Positions 14,371 to 28,699 are shown, counted from the first letter of the stretch. The stretch: 64,000 bases of DNA from Eledone cirrhosa (GCA_964016885.1 OZ024741.1:324136001-324200000); one strand, 5' to 3'. The notes: generated by a model from the letters alone, not told the origin. Numbers and translations are program-made.

Positions 14371-15879
14371 TAAAACAACAAGAAGTAATATCGGCAGATA
14401 CAAGCCGGAAGCTCCGAAGAATATGGAGTGTACATACACTAAAGTATTGCAAGATTATGGGTAAAAATATATAATATAAATAATAAAAATATATAATAAA
14501 AATTACTAAGGATGTATATAACATTAAGAACCATATTACAAATATAGTCCAAAGCAAAAAAAAAACCTAGAGCTAAACAAAGGTGGTTATATAGAGCAGG
14601 AATTATATATAATACAATGTAATATAATATAATATACCTTTACCAACATTAAAATTACAATAAAAATCAAAAGGTACAATATGCATATGTATATATGTAC
14701 GCACACGTACACACACATACACATACAACAATACACATACCCATCTTCAACTGCACAAATCAAACCTTATTAAGAGTTTGAATATAAAAATAAGCATGAT
14801 AGGAATGAAAATAATAATAATAATAATACTAATACATCTACCCAATATACATGAGGTAATAATATGATATAATTATAAGTAGCACATATAATAAATAATA
14901 AACAATACAATTATATACTATATAATATAATATAATAGAATAGATAATCTCCGGTTAATTTACACAAACAATATAGATGTCACAATAATACTATAATGAT
15001 GATATACTAACATTTATAATATACAATATACTAACATTTATAATATACAATATATAATGGTACTCAAGTTAACAAATCAATTCATACTGGGTTACAGAGA
15101 AGGTGAGGAAAAATAAATTGTACAATACCCCCCAAAAATTATGATGGTACAAAAAATACAAACATCTTACATGATATATAAAGTTTAACATATCATAATG
15201 TTACATATAATTAACGGTAAGTAATAAGGATCAATATTACAATAAAAAATACAATATAATATAATATATTATATAAAATAAATTAACATAATATAATATA
15301 TAATTACTTATAATTACAAGGTTGGTGAACAGATATGCATGTGGATGAGTGAGTAAGGGCCAGACAGTAAATATAATGCACAGTAGTATTACAAATAAAA
15401 TATAAAATATAAAATATAGAATAAAATAAATAAATAGAATCAACCGGAAATTAAAAAACAAAAACAAACGTATACATTTAGGTCTCACATGCAGTTAAGT
15501 AAAAACTAAGGAAACAACCCCTGTAAATGACTCGAAAACCCTATTTGATAAATTAATATTAAAAATATTTAAACTATCCAATAAGGCAGTATAATATTAG
15601 CTATAGTTTAAGTAATTAAAGTTTATAAACGTTAATATTTCGTTACAAATGTTTACAAAAAGGAATGAAATTTTTTACTATCATATACATAACGATATCT
15701 AAAAAACTGACTTAAGCAGAATTAAGGTAGGCTAATAGGGACAGAAATGAAGAAATATATGGAGGATGCAAAGGGGCATAAAATCATAGTCGATATACTA
15801 TATTAAATAATAGAAAGGAGCGTAAAAGAGAGGGGCAGTGGGGGGGGGGGGGTTATCCAAAGAAGAATCCGAATAAATA

Positions 15880-16121
15880 TAAAATAAAAATAAAAATAAA
15901 AATAAAAATAAAAATAAAAATAAAAATAAAAATAAAAATAAAAATAAAAATAAAAATAAAAATAAAAATAAAAATAAAAATAAAAATAAAAATAAAAATA
16001 AAAATAAAAATAAAAATAAAAATAAAAATAAAAATAAAAATAAAAATAAAAATAAAAATAAAAATAAAAATAAAAATAAAAATAAAAATAAAAATAAAAA
16101 TAAAAATAAAATAAAATAAAT
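15880..16121. repeat. (TAAAAA)n hexamer array inside the Naiad B 3' UTR
   Basis: About 40 essentially perfect units. Confidence 0.95.
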
Positions 16122-16324
16122 AGCGTAAAATATATAATCTTATATATATTCATAAGGTGTTAACTGAAAATTTAATGCGTAAGAAGATAGATATGGTACA
16201 GTAGCCAAAAGATTATGAGAGCTAGAATAAAGAGTCATCAAAAACCAATGATAATAATGATGATAATAATAATGTTGGTAAACAAAAGAACCTAAACTAA
16301 AAAATAAGTAATGGAATATATCAG

Positions 16325-17628
16325 CTAATGGGTACAATTTGTACTACTAGAACGTTTAGGTTTATAATAAAAGTATGAATTAGAAATAGCGTGGGGGCAA
16401 GAAGAGAATATCTCAGACTTTCTATTAAGTAAGGATACGCTAGAGAAAATTATAGAGTGTGTCTCGAGGATACAGAGATTACAAAACTTAGTATGTGTAG
16501 AAAGGTGGTTAGAGCGTGCTACTAAACGCCAGTTAAGGCTATATGGTATATTAGCTCCCTTAAGATCCCAGATATAATGTGCTAAAGAAGTAGAATTCTT
16601 AAACTTAACATGTTTGAAATTAGAGATATGAGAGTTAAACCTAGTCTTAAAAGTGTTAGATGTAGAGCCTATATAAGTTCTATTAGAGGAATTAGTTATA
16701 ACTTCACAAGCATAGACAATGTTCTTAGAAAGGCAGTTACCGTTTAAAGGGCAGTTAGCACTCACTCTACAATTGCACTTCCGGGTGTTATTGGTTGGCT
16801 CAAGTGGTGATGCATTACACGTAGGATTGCTATTAGATAAGGTCTGTTCTGGTGGTAATGCATTTCCAGATCTGTTCAGACTAGTAGTATGTAGAGAGGA
16901 GAATCCATCCCTAATTTTCCTATTGTTAGTGCTAGCTAAATGAGACTAATATTAGGGGTGGTAGAGAATGAAAGTTTAATAACATTTTTATTAAAAATAC
17001 TATGGTATTTATGAGAAGGGGGGAAATTTTTCTCTAAGATAGCGAAGAAAGACCTAGGGATATTAGTTGATACTTCCTGATTATATGGCGGGTTAAAATA
17101 AGTATTTAATCGCCTTCTATTTTTATTCTTACCGACTCTACCATTATCAAATGTCCCACCATCGAGACTAGGGTTACTACAAGGATTAGTTAAAACCGCA
17201 TTCATAGAATCAGCCAAAATTTCATTAAGTCTATTACAGTTTCTACCTCCAGTAGATCTGCTGCTGTCCGGAATCCCATCAAAAGGATTAGGGCCAATGA
17301 TAGGATCAGTAGGAGCAACATTATTAGAATAAGATCCAGCAAAATTATCACCAATGAGTGAGCGCTCAGGGGGTTCAACTTGTTTCCTAGAGGTATTATA
17401 TTCACTATTACGAGTCCCGTGGGTTAACTTATGGATGGGTTCAGATACACCTATATAATTTTTACGGTTACTATGTTTCCTACTCCCATTCATGGCCATG
17501 TTATGTGATATTATGTTATTATTATTAAAAGTAAGCGGAGACTTTCTAAGGTTACTATTATTATAATGTATTTTACTAGAGTAACAGGAATTTGCTAGGG
17601 CATTATTATAGTACTCCGCATGTTCATA

Positions 17629-17632
<4 letters not shown>
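16325..17632 (-). pseudogene. Naiad-like PLE C-terminal coding remnant with frameshift near 16940
   Basis: ORFs 16936-17733 and 16325-16765 can be joined by a 1-nt frameshift. Confidence 0.83.
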
Positions 17633-17668
<36 letters not shown>

Positions 17669-17670
<2 letters not shown>

Positions 17671-19310
17671 CAAAATGAAAATCCGAAGGCAAGGTAAAAG
17701 TTTCAATAAGAGATAGATCGATCGTGAAGCCATGATCGATTCTCACTGATCTCGTCAGGTGAAAATCAATTGTCTTCAAATTCTTGATATGAGGAAGAAA
17801 ATTAGCAATGTTGACTCACAGAGTTTATTCCCTCATATGAAAATCTAGCAGTCAAAATACGGCGACTGCTATCATCTTCAGTTAGAGTCATAAAACTATC
17901 AAGTTTCTATCTCCGAATAGCTGCAAAAGACGCTGTACATCAATCAAATATGTAGAGTTACAGTCGGTCACAGCTAATGTGAGTGGGTACACACACACAC
18001 TCGACACACACACACACCGACTCGAGGTCAAAGAAAAAATATATATACACACATACCAACACAGCATCAGATCTGTAGAATTATAGACGGTCACAATTAG
18101 TGTGAGTGGGTACACATACACTCTCACACACACCGAAGCGATGTCAAAGAAAAAATATATATAAAAATATACCGACATTATATTCACCGAAAGTTAGTTT
18201 ACAAAACATCCATGTGAAGAGCAAGCAATCAGCTCATATCGAACTCCGTATGTACCGCTGTCCCGTTGAGAATCAGAGTCCCCAAATCCGCTCTCCTATT
18301 GATTAATAGGGAGCCGCCTCTAATAATATTAATGGTTTCAGCTATACAAGGGCTCATATGACGGGAAATCGCACTTACTGACACCTTAACCCAAATGCCC
18401 AACCCTACACAGAGCCCCTGCTGGCCTACATAGCGGTTGCTTGCCCGCACAGATTTGAGGACTCGGATTCTCAATGGGTCAGCGGTACATGCGGAGTTCG
18501 ATATGAGCTGATTGCTTGCTCTTCACATGGATGTGTATATACCTAGACATACACTTTTGGGGACGATACGGATGTGTATATACCATAACATACACTATTT
18601 GGAGATACGGATGTTACAATTCAATCTATACACGTATAGCAGAACACTGAACTGAACTTACTTGCGTCTGTATGGAGTTGCGGTTGACCCAATATTTCCA
18701 ATTTACATTGTCAAATTGAGATTTGACCAATGTAACATTTGTTGTTTTATAAACTAACTTTTGGTGAATACTATCTTGGTATATTTTTATATATATTTTT
18801 TCTTTGACATCGCTTCGGTGTGTGTGAGAGTGTGTGTGTACCCACTCACACTAATTGTGACCGTCTATAATTCTACAGATCTGATGCTGTGTTGGTATGT
18901 GTGTATATATATTTTTTCTTTGACCTCGAGTCGGTGTGTGTGTGTGTCGAGTGTGTGTGTGTACCCACTCACATTAACTGTGACCGACTGTAACTCTATA
19001 TATTTGATTGATGTACAGCGTCTTTTGCAGCTATTCGAAAATAGAAACTTGATAGTTTTATGACCCTAACTGAAGATGATAGCAGTCGCCGTATTTTGAC
19101 TCCTTGATCTTTATATGAGGGAATAAACTCTGAGAGTGAAGATTGCTAATTTTCACCCTCATATCAAGAATTTGAAGACAATTGATTTTCACCTGACGAG
19201 GTCAGTGATAATCGATCATGGCTTTACGATCGATCTATCTCTTATTGAAACATATGTCGCGATTAAAATGATTGGAAATTTTACCTTGCCTTCGGATTTT
19301 CATTTTGATA
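17669..19310. mobile_element. ORF-less inverted-repeat unit (probable PLE pLTR pair) between (TA)n tracts
   Basis: 17669-18207 is inverted at 18744-19309; 18207-18281 is inverted at about 18459-18535; HHR motif in the right arm. Confidence 0.75.
19189..19262 (+). ncRNA. Hammerhead-like motif with long stem II
   Basis: UCAC-CUGACGA-..GAUA AUCGAUC..GAUCGAU C UAUC..-GAAAC AUAU GUC-GCGA; stem I has a mismatch; the - strand twin (17700-17762) lacks the stem III/cleavage segment. Confidence 0.55.
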
Positions 19311-19444
19311 CTAATACTCCGTTTTACATCATCTAGCTGTTCCCTTGAATTGAATTTGAGATATACAAAAGCGTGGAGAACTTAATATTGCTAACAAAAA
19401 TGTATTGGACCGTTTTACACAACCAATAATACACCTTACTATAT

Positions 19445-19569
<125 letters not shown>

Positions 19570-19595
19570 CACACACACACTATATATATATACAT

Positions 19596-19653
<58 letters not shown>

Positions 19654-19688
19654 GTATATATATATATATATAAATATATATATATATA

Positions 19689-19785
19689 CAGAGTGTCCTA
19701 AAAATGTTTACACACTTCAAAAATAGTCTAACAAATATTGTCTGTACAAGTAATCAACGTGTGTATACATTTTTGGGACACCCTG
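19689..19785. mobile_element. About 97-bp Tc1/mariner-type MITE
   Basis: TIRs cagagtgtcctaaaaatgtttacacac / gtgtgtatacatttttgggacaccctg, preceded by TA. Confidence 0.65.
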
Positions 19786-20244
19786 TGGGTGCGTGAGTGT
19801 CTGTACGTATATAGAAATATGCGTATATATTATACACGCACACACATATATATATATAAATTACGAAAAGGTAGTATTTACACATGATGTACACTAACAG
19901 TAAACTGCCCGGGGGTTTCTGTCTCTGTAACCCATGTGCAAGAGAGAAAACGGGAAAAGGATTTAGACAGAGGACGTGTAAAGTGGGTCCTTAGAGATTG
20001 AGCCGATAAGCATATGAAATAAGTTGACCTGTTGACGGGTATTAATTTAAACCTCACCTTTAATTACACTTGAAATTCTAACATGTGTAACCTCCTTTTA
20101 AACAGATACGTAATATTGTACAGGTGCAAATCTGATGTCATGTGCCTGTCATATTACCTGTTTGTAATATAAGTGAATAGAAAAAAGAAAAGTTGACGGC
20201 GGTGGGGTTTAGGTAGATAAATAGAGAGATAGTAATAATAGTAA

Positions 20245-20440
20245 TGATAATAATTGTTTCTACTTTTGGCACAAGGCCAGCAAATACCAGTACATTACTG
20301 GTACTTTATTTTATCGACCCCGTAAGGATGAGTGGCAAAGTTGACCTCGGCGGGATTTGAAACAATAAGGGAAAGGGCCGTAACTCTCTGCGTCAAAGCA
20401 CGACGTCCGCCCCTCTACCGATACTGCCAATCCCCCGCCC
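20245..20440 (-). mobile_element. Full-length tRNA-derived SINE
   Basis: Reverse complement of the SINE head, core and tail. Confidence 0.85.
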
Positions 20441-20627
20441 TTTAAAATATAATACCACTCAACTATTGGAATAGACATGAACCACTTTCTCTCACCTCCA
20501 AATTGTTAATCTTAAAAATAATAATAATATCTTAAAAATAATAATAATTTCTTAAAAATAATAATAATTTTCTTCCTCTATTGTCGTCGTCTTCCACTTC
20601 TTATTTTTGTTTGTTTTGATGATGACA

Positions 20628-20852
20628 ATCATCATCACCACCATCATCTCATCTTTTCTTTCTTTTCTTCCTTCTACTTATCAGCATCATCATCAACACC
20701 ACCATCATCAACCTATTTTCTTTCTCCGCCTCCTTCTTCTCCTCCTCCTCCTCGTCTTCTTACCACCACCTTCATCATCATGATCATCATCATGATCATC
20801 ATCACCACCATCATCATCACCACCATCATCATCATTATTATCATTATCATCC

Positions 20853-20886
<34 letters not shown>

Positions 20887-20956
20887 TATCATCATCATCA
20901 TCTCCATCACCATCATCATCACCACCACCATCCTTCTCATCATCATCATCATCATC
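20628..20956. repeat. (CAT)n-rich low-complexity tract
   Basis: Direct reading. Confidence 0.9.
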
Positions 20957-21469
20957 TTTGCTGTCTTCTTCTCACCATCATCAAAATATTCGCTATTAGC
21001 GTTATTACAATTTTAGTTGGTATTTGCTTTGCTTTGTTTTAGTTTTAATGTACTTTTATAGCGGGCAGTTATAAGTAGGTGAGATGAGTGGTTAGGTGTA
21101 AAGTCCGAGGGTTAAAGATTGTAGAAAAATGTTAGGAAGTGAGTGTGAGTCATAGTCGATGATAGAGTAAGTGAAGTTGACACCACTTACACACATTATG
21201 AGAGGAGATAAACTAATACTGAACATTTCGGAGGTAAGTTACGTATTTTATCATATTACATGTAACAACATGGCTTGCTATGTTTAAATTTTATTTCACT
21301 GTTTAAAGTAATTACACACACGCACACACACACACACATACACACAGACACACATAGTCACACACATACACACACATACATACACAGATGCAGCCCCCTA
21401 TATATATATATATATATATATAAATACACAGATACATGTACACACCTACTGAAATATACATATATATAC

Positions 21470-21564
<95 letters not shown>

Positions 21565-21735
21565 CACACAGCCACACTCATATACACAATCACACACATA
21601 TATATATACAGTAATAATAATAATTATTATTATTACTATTACACTATAGAGGTGTAGTACCCCACCTCTATACTTACTGGAAACTACGCATCGAGTGGTC
21701 ACTCTGGTGAACCTACAGTAACTGGACGTTACAAT

Positions 21736-21830
<95 letters not shown>

Positions 21831-22349
21831 CTTATACATAGTTTAGGCGGTGAGGAATAAAAGACTATCGCTTCTAGCAGAACTCTTCATCATAGAAGGA
21901 GGAAATATCAACTGATATGTTATGCCGTCTATCGCTACAAGGGATTCTTCCTGAGAATTTACTTTTCTTTTGTTCCTCACAGTATAAATATTTCTCTCAA
22001 CTGTTTGGATTATTTCTATTACTTTTTGTTGACGCACAACGCCAACTTTGTCTTCAAATTCAACTGTTTTACATCATATCGATACATATTACATATTTTG
22101 TGTGTATGAACCTGCACAATTCTACGACTTTCTATGTGACAGTGTTTTTATGTACCAGTATTCTGGGCTAACGTCAGTTTTGGCGATGAGCGTTCCAGTT
22201 GTTCGAACAACGAAACAGTCTTCTCGTGAAATTAACGTGCAAGTTGCTGAGAAACATACCATAGACTTGTATACCCATACCAAAGTTCTTAGAACAGTTC
22301 AGCTTGATACGATTATGTGTGATAAACCTAATATTTTGAATTAAACCTA

Positions 22350-22971
22350 TAACTCATTATTTTCCATCCTTACGGTGTCGATAAAATAAAGTACCAGTAA
22401 TACACTGGGATAATTGTTGGCCATGTACCAAAAGTAGAAACAATTATTTTCGCTTTGAGTGGACGAGAGCAATGTGAAAGAAAGTGTGTTGTTCACGGAT
22501 ACAACGAGTTCTCCGCTTTGGGAATCGAACTCACAACTTTCCAATCGTAAGCTCAATAGCGTACCCTTCAAACCATACATCTTCACTGTGCCAGAATATA
22601 ATACATCTAAATTTGCATTACATTACAGTTTCCTAATTAGACATTATTATTGTGGATTGGCAGTATCGGTAGAGGGTCGGATGCCATGCTTTGACGCATA
22701 GAGTTACGGCCCTTGCTATTCTGATTTCAAATCTCGCCGAGGTTAACTTTGCCTTTCATCCTTACGGGGTCGATAAAATAAAGTACCAGTAATGCACTGG
22801 GATAATTGCTGGCCTTGTGCCAAAAGTAGAAACAATTATTGGATACAGATATTTAAGTAAATATACATATGACTTTGGTTATTTGTACTTCAGTGTGATC
22901 ATCCTCAGTGGTAGCAGCATAAATTGTAGATCGCTTATGTGGTAGCAGCATTTTTTAATACACGAAAACCG

Positions 22972-23009
<38 letters not shown>

Positions 23010-23322
23010 ATATATAAATCTCACGGTACTATTTTATTCTTCCCCAATGTTGAAGCTAAAAATTAAATGTTCACTTGTTATTTTTTTCCTTTTCCTCGCA
23101 AAGAGATGCACAAAAATGTCACTGACAGTCAAGCGGTAAAAACTCATTATTATAGGGTCTGACGCCATGCTTTGACGCATAGAGTTACGGCCGTTGCCAT
23201 TCTGAGTTCAAATCCCGCCGAGGTTAACTTTGCCTTTCATCCTTACGGGGTCGGTAAAATAAAGTACCAGTAATGCACTAAGTAATGGCTGGCTTTGTGC
23301 CAAAAGTAGAAACAATTATTAT
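22350..23322 (+). mobile_element. SINE cluster (partial 22350-22450; full 22652-22840; near-full 23155-23322), plus a CORE-like SINE remnant on - at about 22455-22590
   Basis: Shared A/B boxes, core and tail. Confidence 0.8.
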
Positions 23323-24374
23323 GATAGTGTTATTCACTTTAATGGAAGCGGGAGTATTAAAGGATTATATATATATATATATCAAATAAGGAAAAGCGAA
23401 GTAGTTTCAGATGTTTTTTCTTTTTTTTTCTTTTTTTCTTCTTTTTTTTCTTTTTTTTTCTTTTGTGTACTTTATATCTGTTTTTTTTTGGTTTTGTTCC
23501 ATGTGATGGAAATTATAACTATGTACCCAACTAACTACTACCTTTCATACTGTAATTTACCCTCCGTTCTACTGTACGGTACTATCGTTCAGTATGTAGA
23601 TAATATAACTGTAACATTAATACCCCTTTCAAAACTTCTTACTTAAACATCTCTCTACGTAGTAGATAGTATAGGTGCATGTATTATTTACTCACTTCAA
23701 TCTATATTTATTTTACTCACCGCAATCCAGACTCTCACTTGAAAATTTTTTTTAATTTTTAAATTTTTAATTGTTAATTTTTAATTTCTAATTTTTAATA
23801 TTTGATTTCTGATTTTAGATTTTTAATTTTTAATTTTTAGTTCTAATTTCCAACTCTCATTCATAACTTCCACCGTGAAACCATGATACCTAGAATTAAG
23901 TATAATTTCTCTTAGAGGTTGATGGTCAATTATACTGTCCATGCTTAATGAGGGGTAGTATTGAGACCTATAGATACTCACACTCTCTCATCCCCACTGG
24001 CTTTCGACTGACTTCCACAGTTGGGGTAGGTAGCAGTAAGCTATATATTACAGGCCTGAATGGGTCATTGTTTGGTTGAGAGGGGGAACTGACTAAGCGA
24101 ATTTCGTTGAAATCTGCGGTAGCTAATGGTCAACTTCCTTCGGAAGTGCGCCTGCGCAGACCGGTGGGAGTGAATTGGTACTCACAACGGAACGGATGAA
24201 GAACCTAAGAGCACACAATTCGTCCGTTCCCATGTCGATTCAATTTGGATTGCCTCGGGAACATAACCTTATTATGTAACAAGCTGTCTGACGATGACGC
24301 GACACTGGCGCACGGAACAGTGTGGCCACTATCGCCATTGAAATATATATCACAGCATTATTATTAAAAGACTT

Positions 24375-24568
24375 AAGGCGGTGAATTGGCAGTATCGGTA
24401 GAGGGTTGGACGCCATGCTTTCTAGCATATTTTCGTCCCTTTACGGTCTGAGTTCAAATCCCGCCAAGGTTAACTTTGCCTTTCATCCTTACGGGGTCGA
24501 TAAAATAAAGTACCAGTAATGTACTGAAAATTGCTGGCCTTGTGCCTAAAGTAGAAACAATTATTATT
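24375..24568 (+). mobile_element. Full-length tRNA-derived SINE
   Basis: A box, B box, core and ATT tail. Confidence 0.85.
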
Positions 24569-24695
24569 AAAAGACTTGAACATCTGAAACTTCTTCGCTT
24601 TTCCTTATTCGATATTTACTCCTTCACTCCTATGTGGAATAAGTACGTTGAGTGCTTGAATTGAATTGCATCAATGGTTACACTAAGTAAACATG

Positions 24696-24775
<80 letters not shown>

Positions 24776-24809
24776 ATATATTATATATATATATATATGT
24801 ATATATTCA

Positions 24810-25645
24810 TATGACGGCGATGAATTTGTTTCGCGAGGTTTTTGATATGAAATCGTGTGTCAAAACAAATATTGTTATACTTGGGGAGGGTCATATTGTT
24901 GTAATAATATTGCCAGAAATAGTAACAGAACATACTCACTGTTTGGTTGGTTTTCGCTTCTGTATCTTTTATATCTCCACAGTTAATTAATTCGGTCTTC
25001 AATGTTTACCATTGACTGACCAACGGTCAAAAATACAGATATAAACACATATATATAGTCTAACAAAGTTCTTTCGTTGCACATCTGTAACATCATCAGT
25101 GGTACTATTATGTTCCTCCTGTGGTATTGTATATCTACGCCATTTTTATTTTATCTGTTTATTTATTTATTTGTTGTCTTATTCTCGGCGCATGCGTTTG
25201 CGTGTGTGTATAGTGTTTGGTGTGTGTTCGCGTTTGGGTGACTGTGTTTTGGTTATTATATTCTATCTTAGTTTATTAGTGTGTGTTTATATGTGTTTGT
25301 TGTTATTGTGCTTGTGTATATATATATATATATATTTATTTATTTATTTATTTATATTTCTCTTAACTCAGTATTGTTTGTTTGGGTGTTGTTGTTATTC
25401 CATTCATTTTTTCTGTTTAGCCTGTGCCTAAGCGAAATAGGGCTTAGAAGGCCAAAGCTAAACAGAAAAAATACAAAAATACAAAAATAACAATAACACC
25501 CAAACAAACAATAATGACAAAATAAATATAAATAAATAAATATATACACAAGCACAATAACAACAAACACATATAAACATACACTAGTAAACTAAGATAG
25601 AATAAATAACCAACACACAGTCACCCAAACGCGAACACACATCAA
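24810..25645 (-). mobile_element. Solo PLE pLTR (related to the 8510-10815 family) with inverted 5' duplication
   Basis: Shares tail atgaccctcc..aagtataacaa..acacacgatttca and a gcgcatgcg motif with 8510-8950; 25218-25430 is inverted at 25440-25645. Confidence 0.75.
25062..25103 (-). ncRNA. Minimal hammerhead motif
   Basis: Reverse complement: ACCA-CUGAUGA-U-GUUACA GAUG UGCAAC-GAAAG AA CUU-UGUU; one mismatch each in stems I and II. Confidence 0.6.
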
Positions 25646-26940
25646 ACACTCTTGATTGTCCCTCTTCCAAAGGATTCTCCCTCTGATGTTAACTCTGTCT
25701 TCCAAGCCATCATGCTATTTCTTAATAGCAGTCTGATGTCCGCTACCTTGAAGATTTCCAGACACTTGGTTATCCAAGAATGAGGAGCCATGTCGAAGGC
25801 CTTCATATAATCTATCCATCTCATGTGAAGACCAGTATGCCTCCTCTTGCAGTTCTGTATTATCATCTTGTTAATAAGTAACGGGGCTTCTTTCGGCATC
25901 CTTTTTGTTCCGCCAGCAATAAGTTGTTCATGTCGAAGTGGTGGTATATTTCCTCAGGCATAATACTTATTAGTAACTTCTACTATTATAACATTTAGCC
26001 CTTTGACCTTTTGTGTTCTATTTCCTAGACAATCTATCCTTAGTATCTATGTTTTGTAATTTTCCGCTTAATAAAGACTCAAGTTTCCCGATGCCTTTTC
26101 TTATTTCCATTATTTGGCCATTCAACCGCTTCTTCCACCGAGGTTCTGTTCTTTCTCGTCTGTTTTCCCTCGTTTTGATACCAAGCTATCTTTTCACTAC
26201 ATTTGTGGCTGCTTTGAGGATGTTTCATTGTCGAAGATTCTTCGCCTCAAGATATAGGACGATCCTGTTTACCTTAACTGTCGTTTCTTTTAACTTTTTT
26301 CAGTCTACAAATTTTAGCTTCATAGGCTTTCCACTATCGTATTTATTTAATCCACCATTAAATTCAGAATATCAACAAAATCTTGCCCCACACCGCCAGC
26401 TTTCATTTTCGCAATGACTGTGTCTTTACTCCAGATATTATTTATTTCAACATTTAGATCATTGTATTCGTCGTTTGCTTTCTCAGGTCTCACAACGACT
26501 TAACCCTCATTTTCTTCTGGCTCATGTGCCTGATCCGCTCCACTTTCTACTGGCTCATTTTCCTGATCTACTCCACTTTCCATTTGCAAGTTAATATCTT
26601 TACTCAGTTCCTACAAATCTAACTCGCTTATCTATCCATTAGTTCTTATTACACGAGCCTGACACTCTACTTTGTTTTCATCTAAACCAAATAGACCAAT
26701 ATCGTTCCCGACTTTATGCATCCGTATACTATTGCCTTTCTTAGTGGGATAACTTTTCAGATAACTTTTCATAAGCTTTTTATTCAATTTCTTCGCTTAG
26801 TTGGTTCTTGCCTCGTTCTTCCTCTTCCTCTTCCAACACCAGCAGTATTTGGAAGACAGCCGAATTCCTGTTGCTGGGCCAGGGGAGCATTTCCCGTTTG
26901 AGAGGCCTTTTCACTGTTATTTAAACTATTTAGGTTCGAT
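25642..26940 (-). mobile_element. Dong/R4-clade LINE fragment (N-terminal region plus partial RT)
   Basis: WIDYMKAFDMAPHSWITKCLEIFKV is homologous to the ORF at 42121-42807. Confidence 0.75.
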
Positions 26941-27646
26941 ATTTAAGCACTCATAAAGAGAATTAGTGAATTTAAGAATGCACTAACACCAGTGTTTACT
27001 AGATTGGGGCGATTTGCAGATACTTCTATCATATCGAGAGACAACAAACGTACGACGACGTGGTCTTGTTCAATGTATAATGACAATTGAAGTAGAACTG
27101 ATCGTATATGTTATTGTGTTATTGTATGCTAATAAGAGCTCTGATCTACATAATAATTCTTTTGTTTTAAGTGTCACAAGTTTGATTTGATGTATTCAAG
27201 ATGAAAGAGAATGCTATAGAAAACGTCATTGCTTTATGTGATCTTCTATTTGATGTTGATATAATTCCAATCCTCAAAGAACCATTACTAAAACCAGAAT
27301 AATGGAAATTATATTTACAAATACAAGAAACTCCTCAAGTTCAATTGATGCAGGGATTTCAAAGACATTTGCGCTATGTTCCTTTTATAGTATAAATATA
27401 TAAATAAAAACCCGATGACACATGGAGATGAAAATAAACGAAAAAATGTATTGAATTTGAATGGGTCATTATTTTGAGCGTCACCAGGCATTTTCTCTCT
27501 AATCACGTCGTTCCTACAGGCGTTGATTTGCAACTGTTTAAGCGAAGCAAAAACGTCATCAATCTTTCCGTTATTAGACGGCTAACAGAGGCCATGGACA
27601 ATCCCCTTTAGGCATTCAGACTCATACATACGTCTCTCAGTATTTC

Positions 27647-27842
27647 TCGGTGGATTAGCAGTATCGATACAACGTAGGACAATGTGCTTTGTAGCATATA
27701 GTTACGGCCCTTTAATTTCCGCGTCCAAATCGCGCCGAATGCTGCTCGGCGAAATAAAGTAACAGTAAAGAACTGGGGTCGATATAATCAACTTTCTCCT
27801 TTCCTTCAAATTGCTGGCTTCATGCTAACTGTAGAAACAATC
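27647..27842 (+). mobile_element. Diverged tRNA-derived SINE
   Basis: Recognisable head, core and tail. Confidence 0.7.
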
Positions 27843-28699
27843 ATTCCATCACCCATCTTAACTATAATAAAGTAAGGAGCGCGGGACTGCGTACGGTTTA
27901 TAATTTGTTATCCCATTAGTAAAATAAGTTGGATTACTTTGAATAAATAATGAATGAATATTACATAATTTATCTACTAAATTTCGTGGCTGTTGATTAA
28001 ATATATTTTCTTTATTCAAAGATTCAGTTCTTTAAAATTTCTGAAATGTCAACACTTCCGGTTGGCCATCGCTTAAATAAACATACTAATTTTCTGTCAC
28101 TAATTTTCTCCTAATGCAGTTTATATATAATATCGTCTTTTTTAATGTATCATGGATTACGTTACTGATTAAATAAGACAGTGTAACGCAGTCTTAGTTC
28201 AATTTCTATGTATTATATATTGTCAATTACGATTTTATTTGATGTATCATATCTACATGTATATATACCTGCGTATAATATCAATACACACTACACATGC
28301 TAGTAGAAAACCACCGGAAGGGTGGTTTTTCTGCTAGTGTGTTTAACCATCCTGGCTCTGCACAAAGTACTAAAGTAAGTCTTTCTTGCTGCAATTATCA
28401 TCCCTCTCGCCACGAATTCTAGAATCAAATGGAAAATCATTTAAAGGGTTGTTCCTTTTGCGGAACATACTACCGGTCCTCAATATGCGCACTTTTCTAC
28501 TCAACAGTAATAGCTGTCATGGTCACACAACTGTCTTGGAGTTACTGATTATAGTAGTTTGTTTAATGCGGACGCCAAGCAATCAACGAATAATTTCCTA
28601 ACAAAGCTTTACCTGCGTTTATGACTACTGTATGTATGTATGTATGTATGTATGTATGTATGTATGTATGTATGTATGTATGTATGTATGTATGTATGT

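Larger units (their letters stand above)
14282..17632 (-). mobile_element. Naiad-like Penelope element B, 5'-truncated, about 2-kb 3' UTR ending in HHR + AATAAA, flanked by (TA)n
   Basis: YYNNALANS, YFNPPYNQEVSTNI..KNFPPSHKYHSIFN, KCNCRVSANCPLNGNCL (CxCx5Cx5C), YIGSTSNTFKTRF, CNLCILE. Confidence 0.85.

Noticed and set aside
12625-16940. Selenoprotein (UGA-recoded) Naiad
   Set aside because: No in-frame TGA at Cys positions in the fragments present, and no SECIS recognisable by eye
24284-24330. CTGACGA..GGAAC..GTG hammerhead-like string
   Set aside because: GAAA and the NUH triplet are both violated and stem I is poor; at most a decayed relic
28295-28340. Hairpin followed by CTAGT, like a Helitron 3' end
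   Set aside because: No matching 5' TC terminus or second copy identifiable
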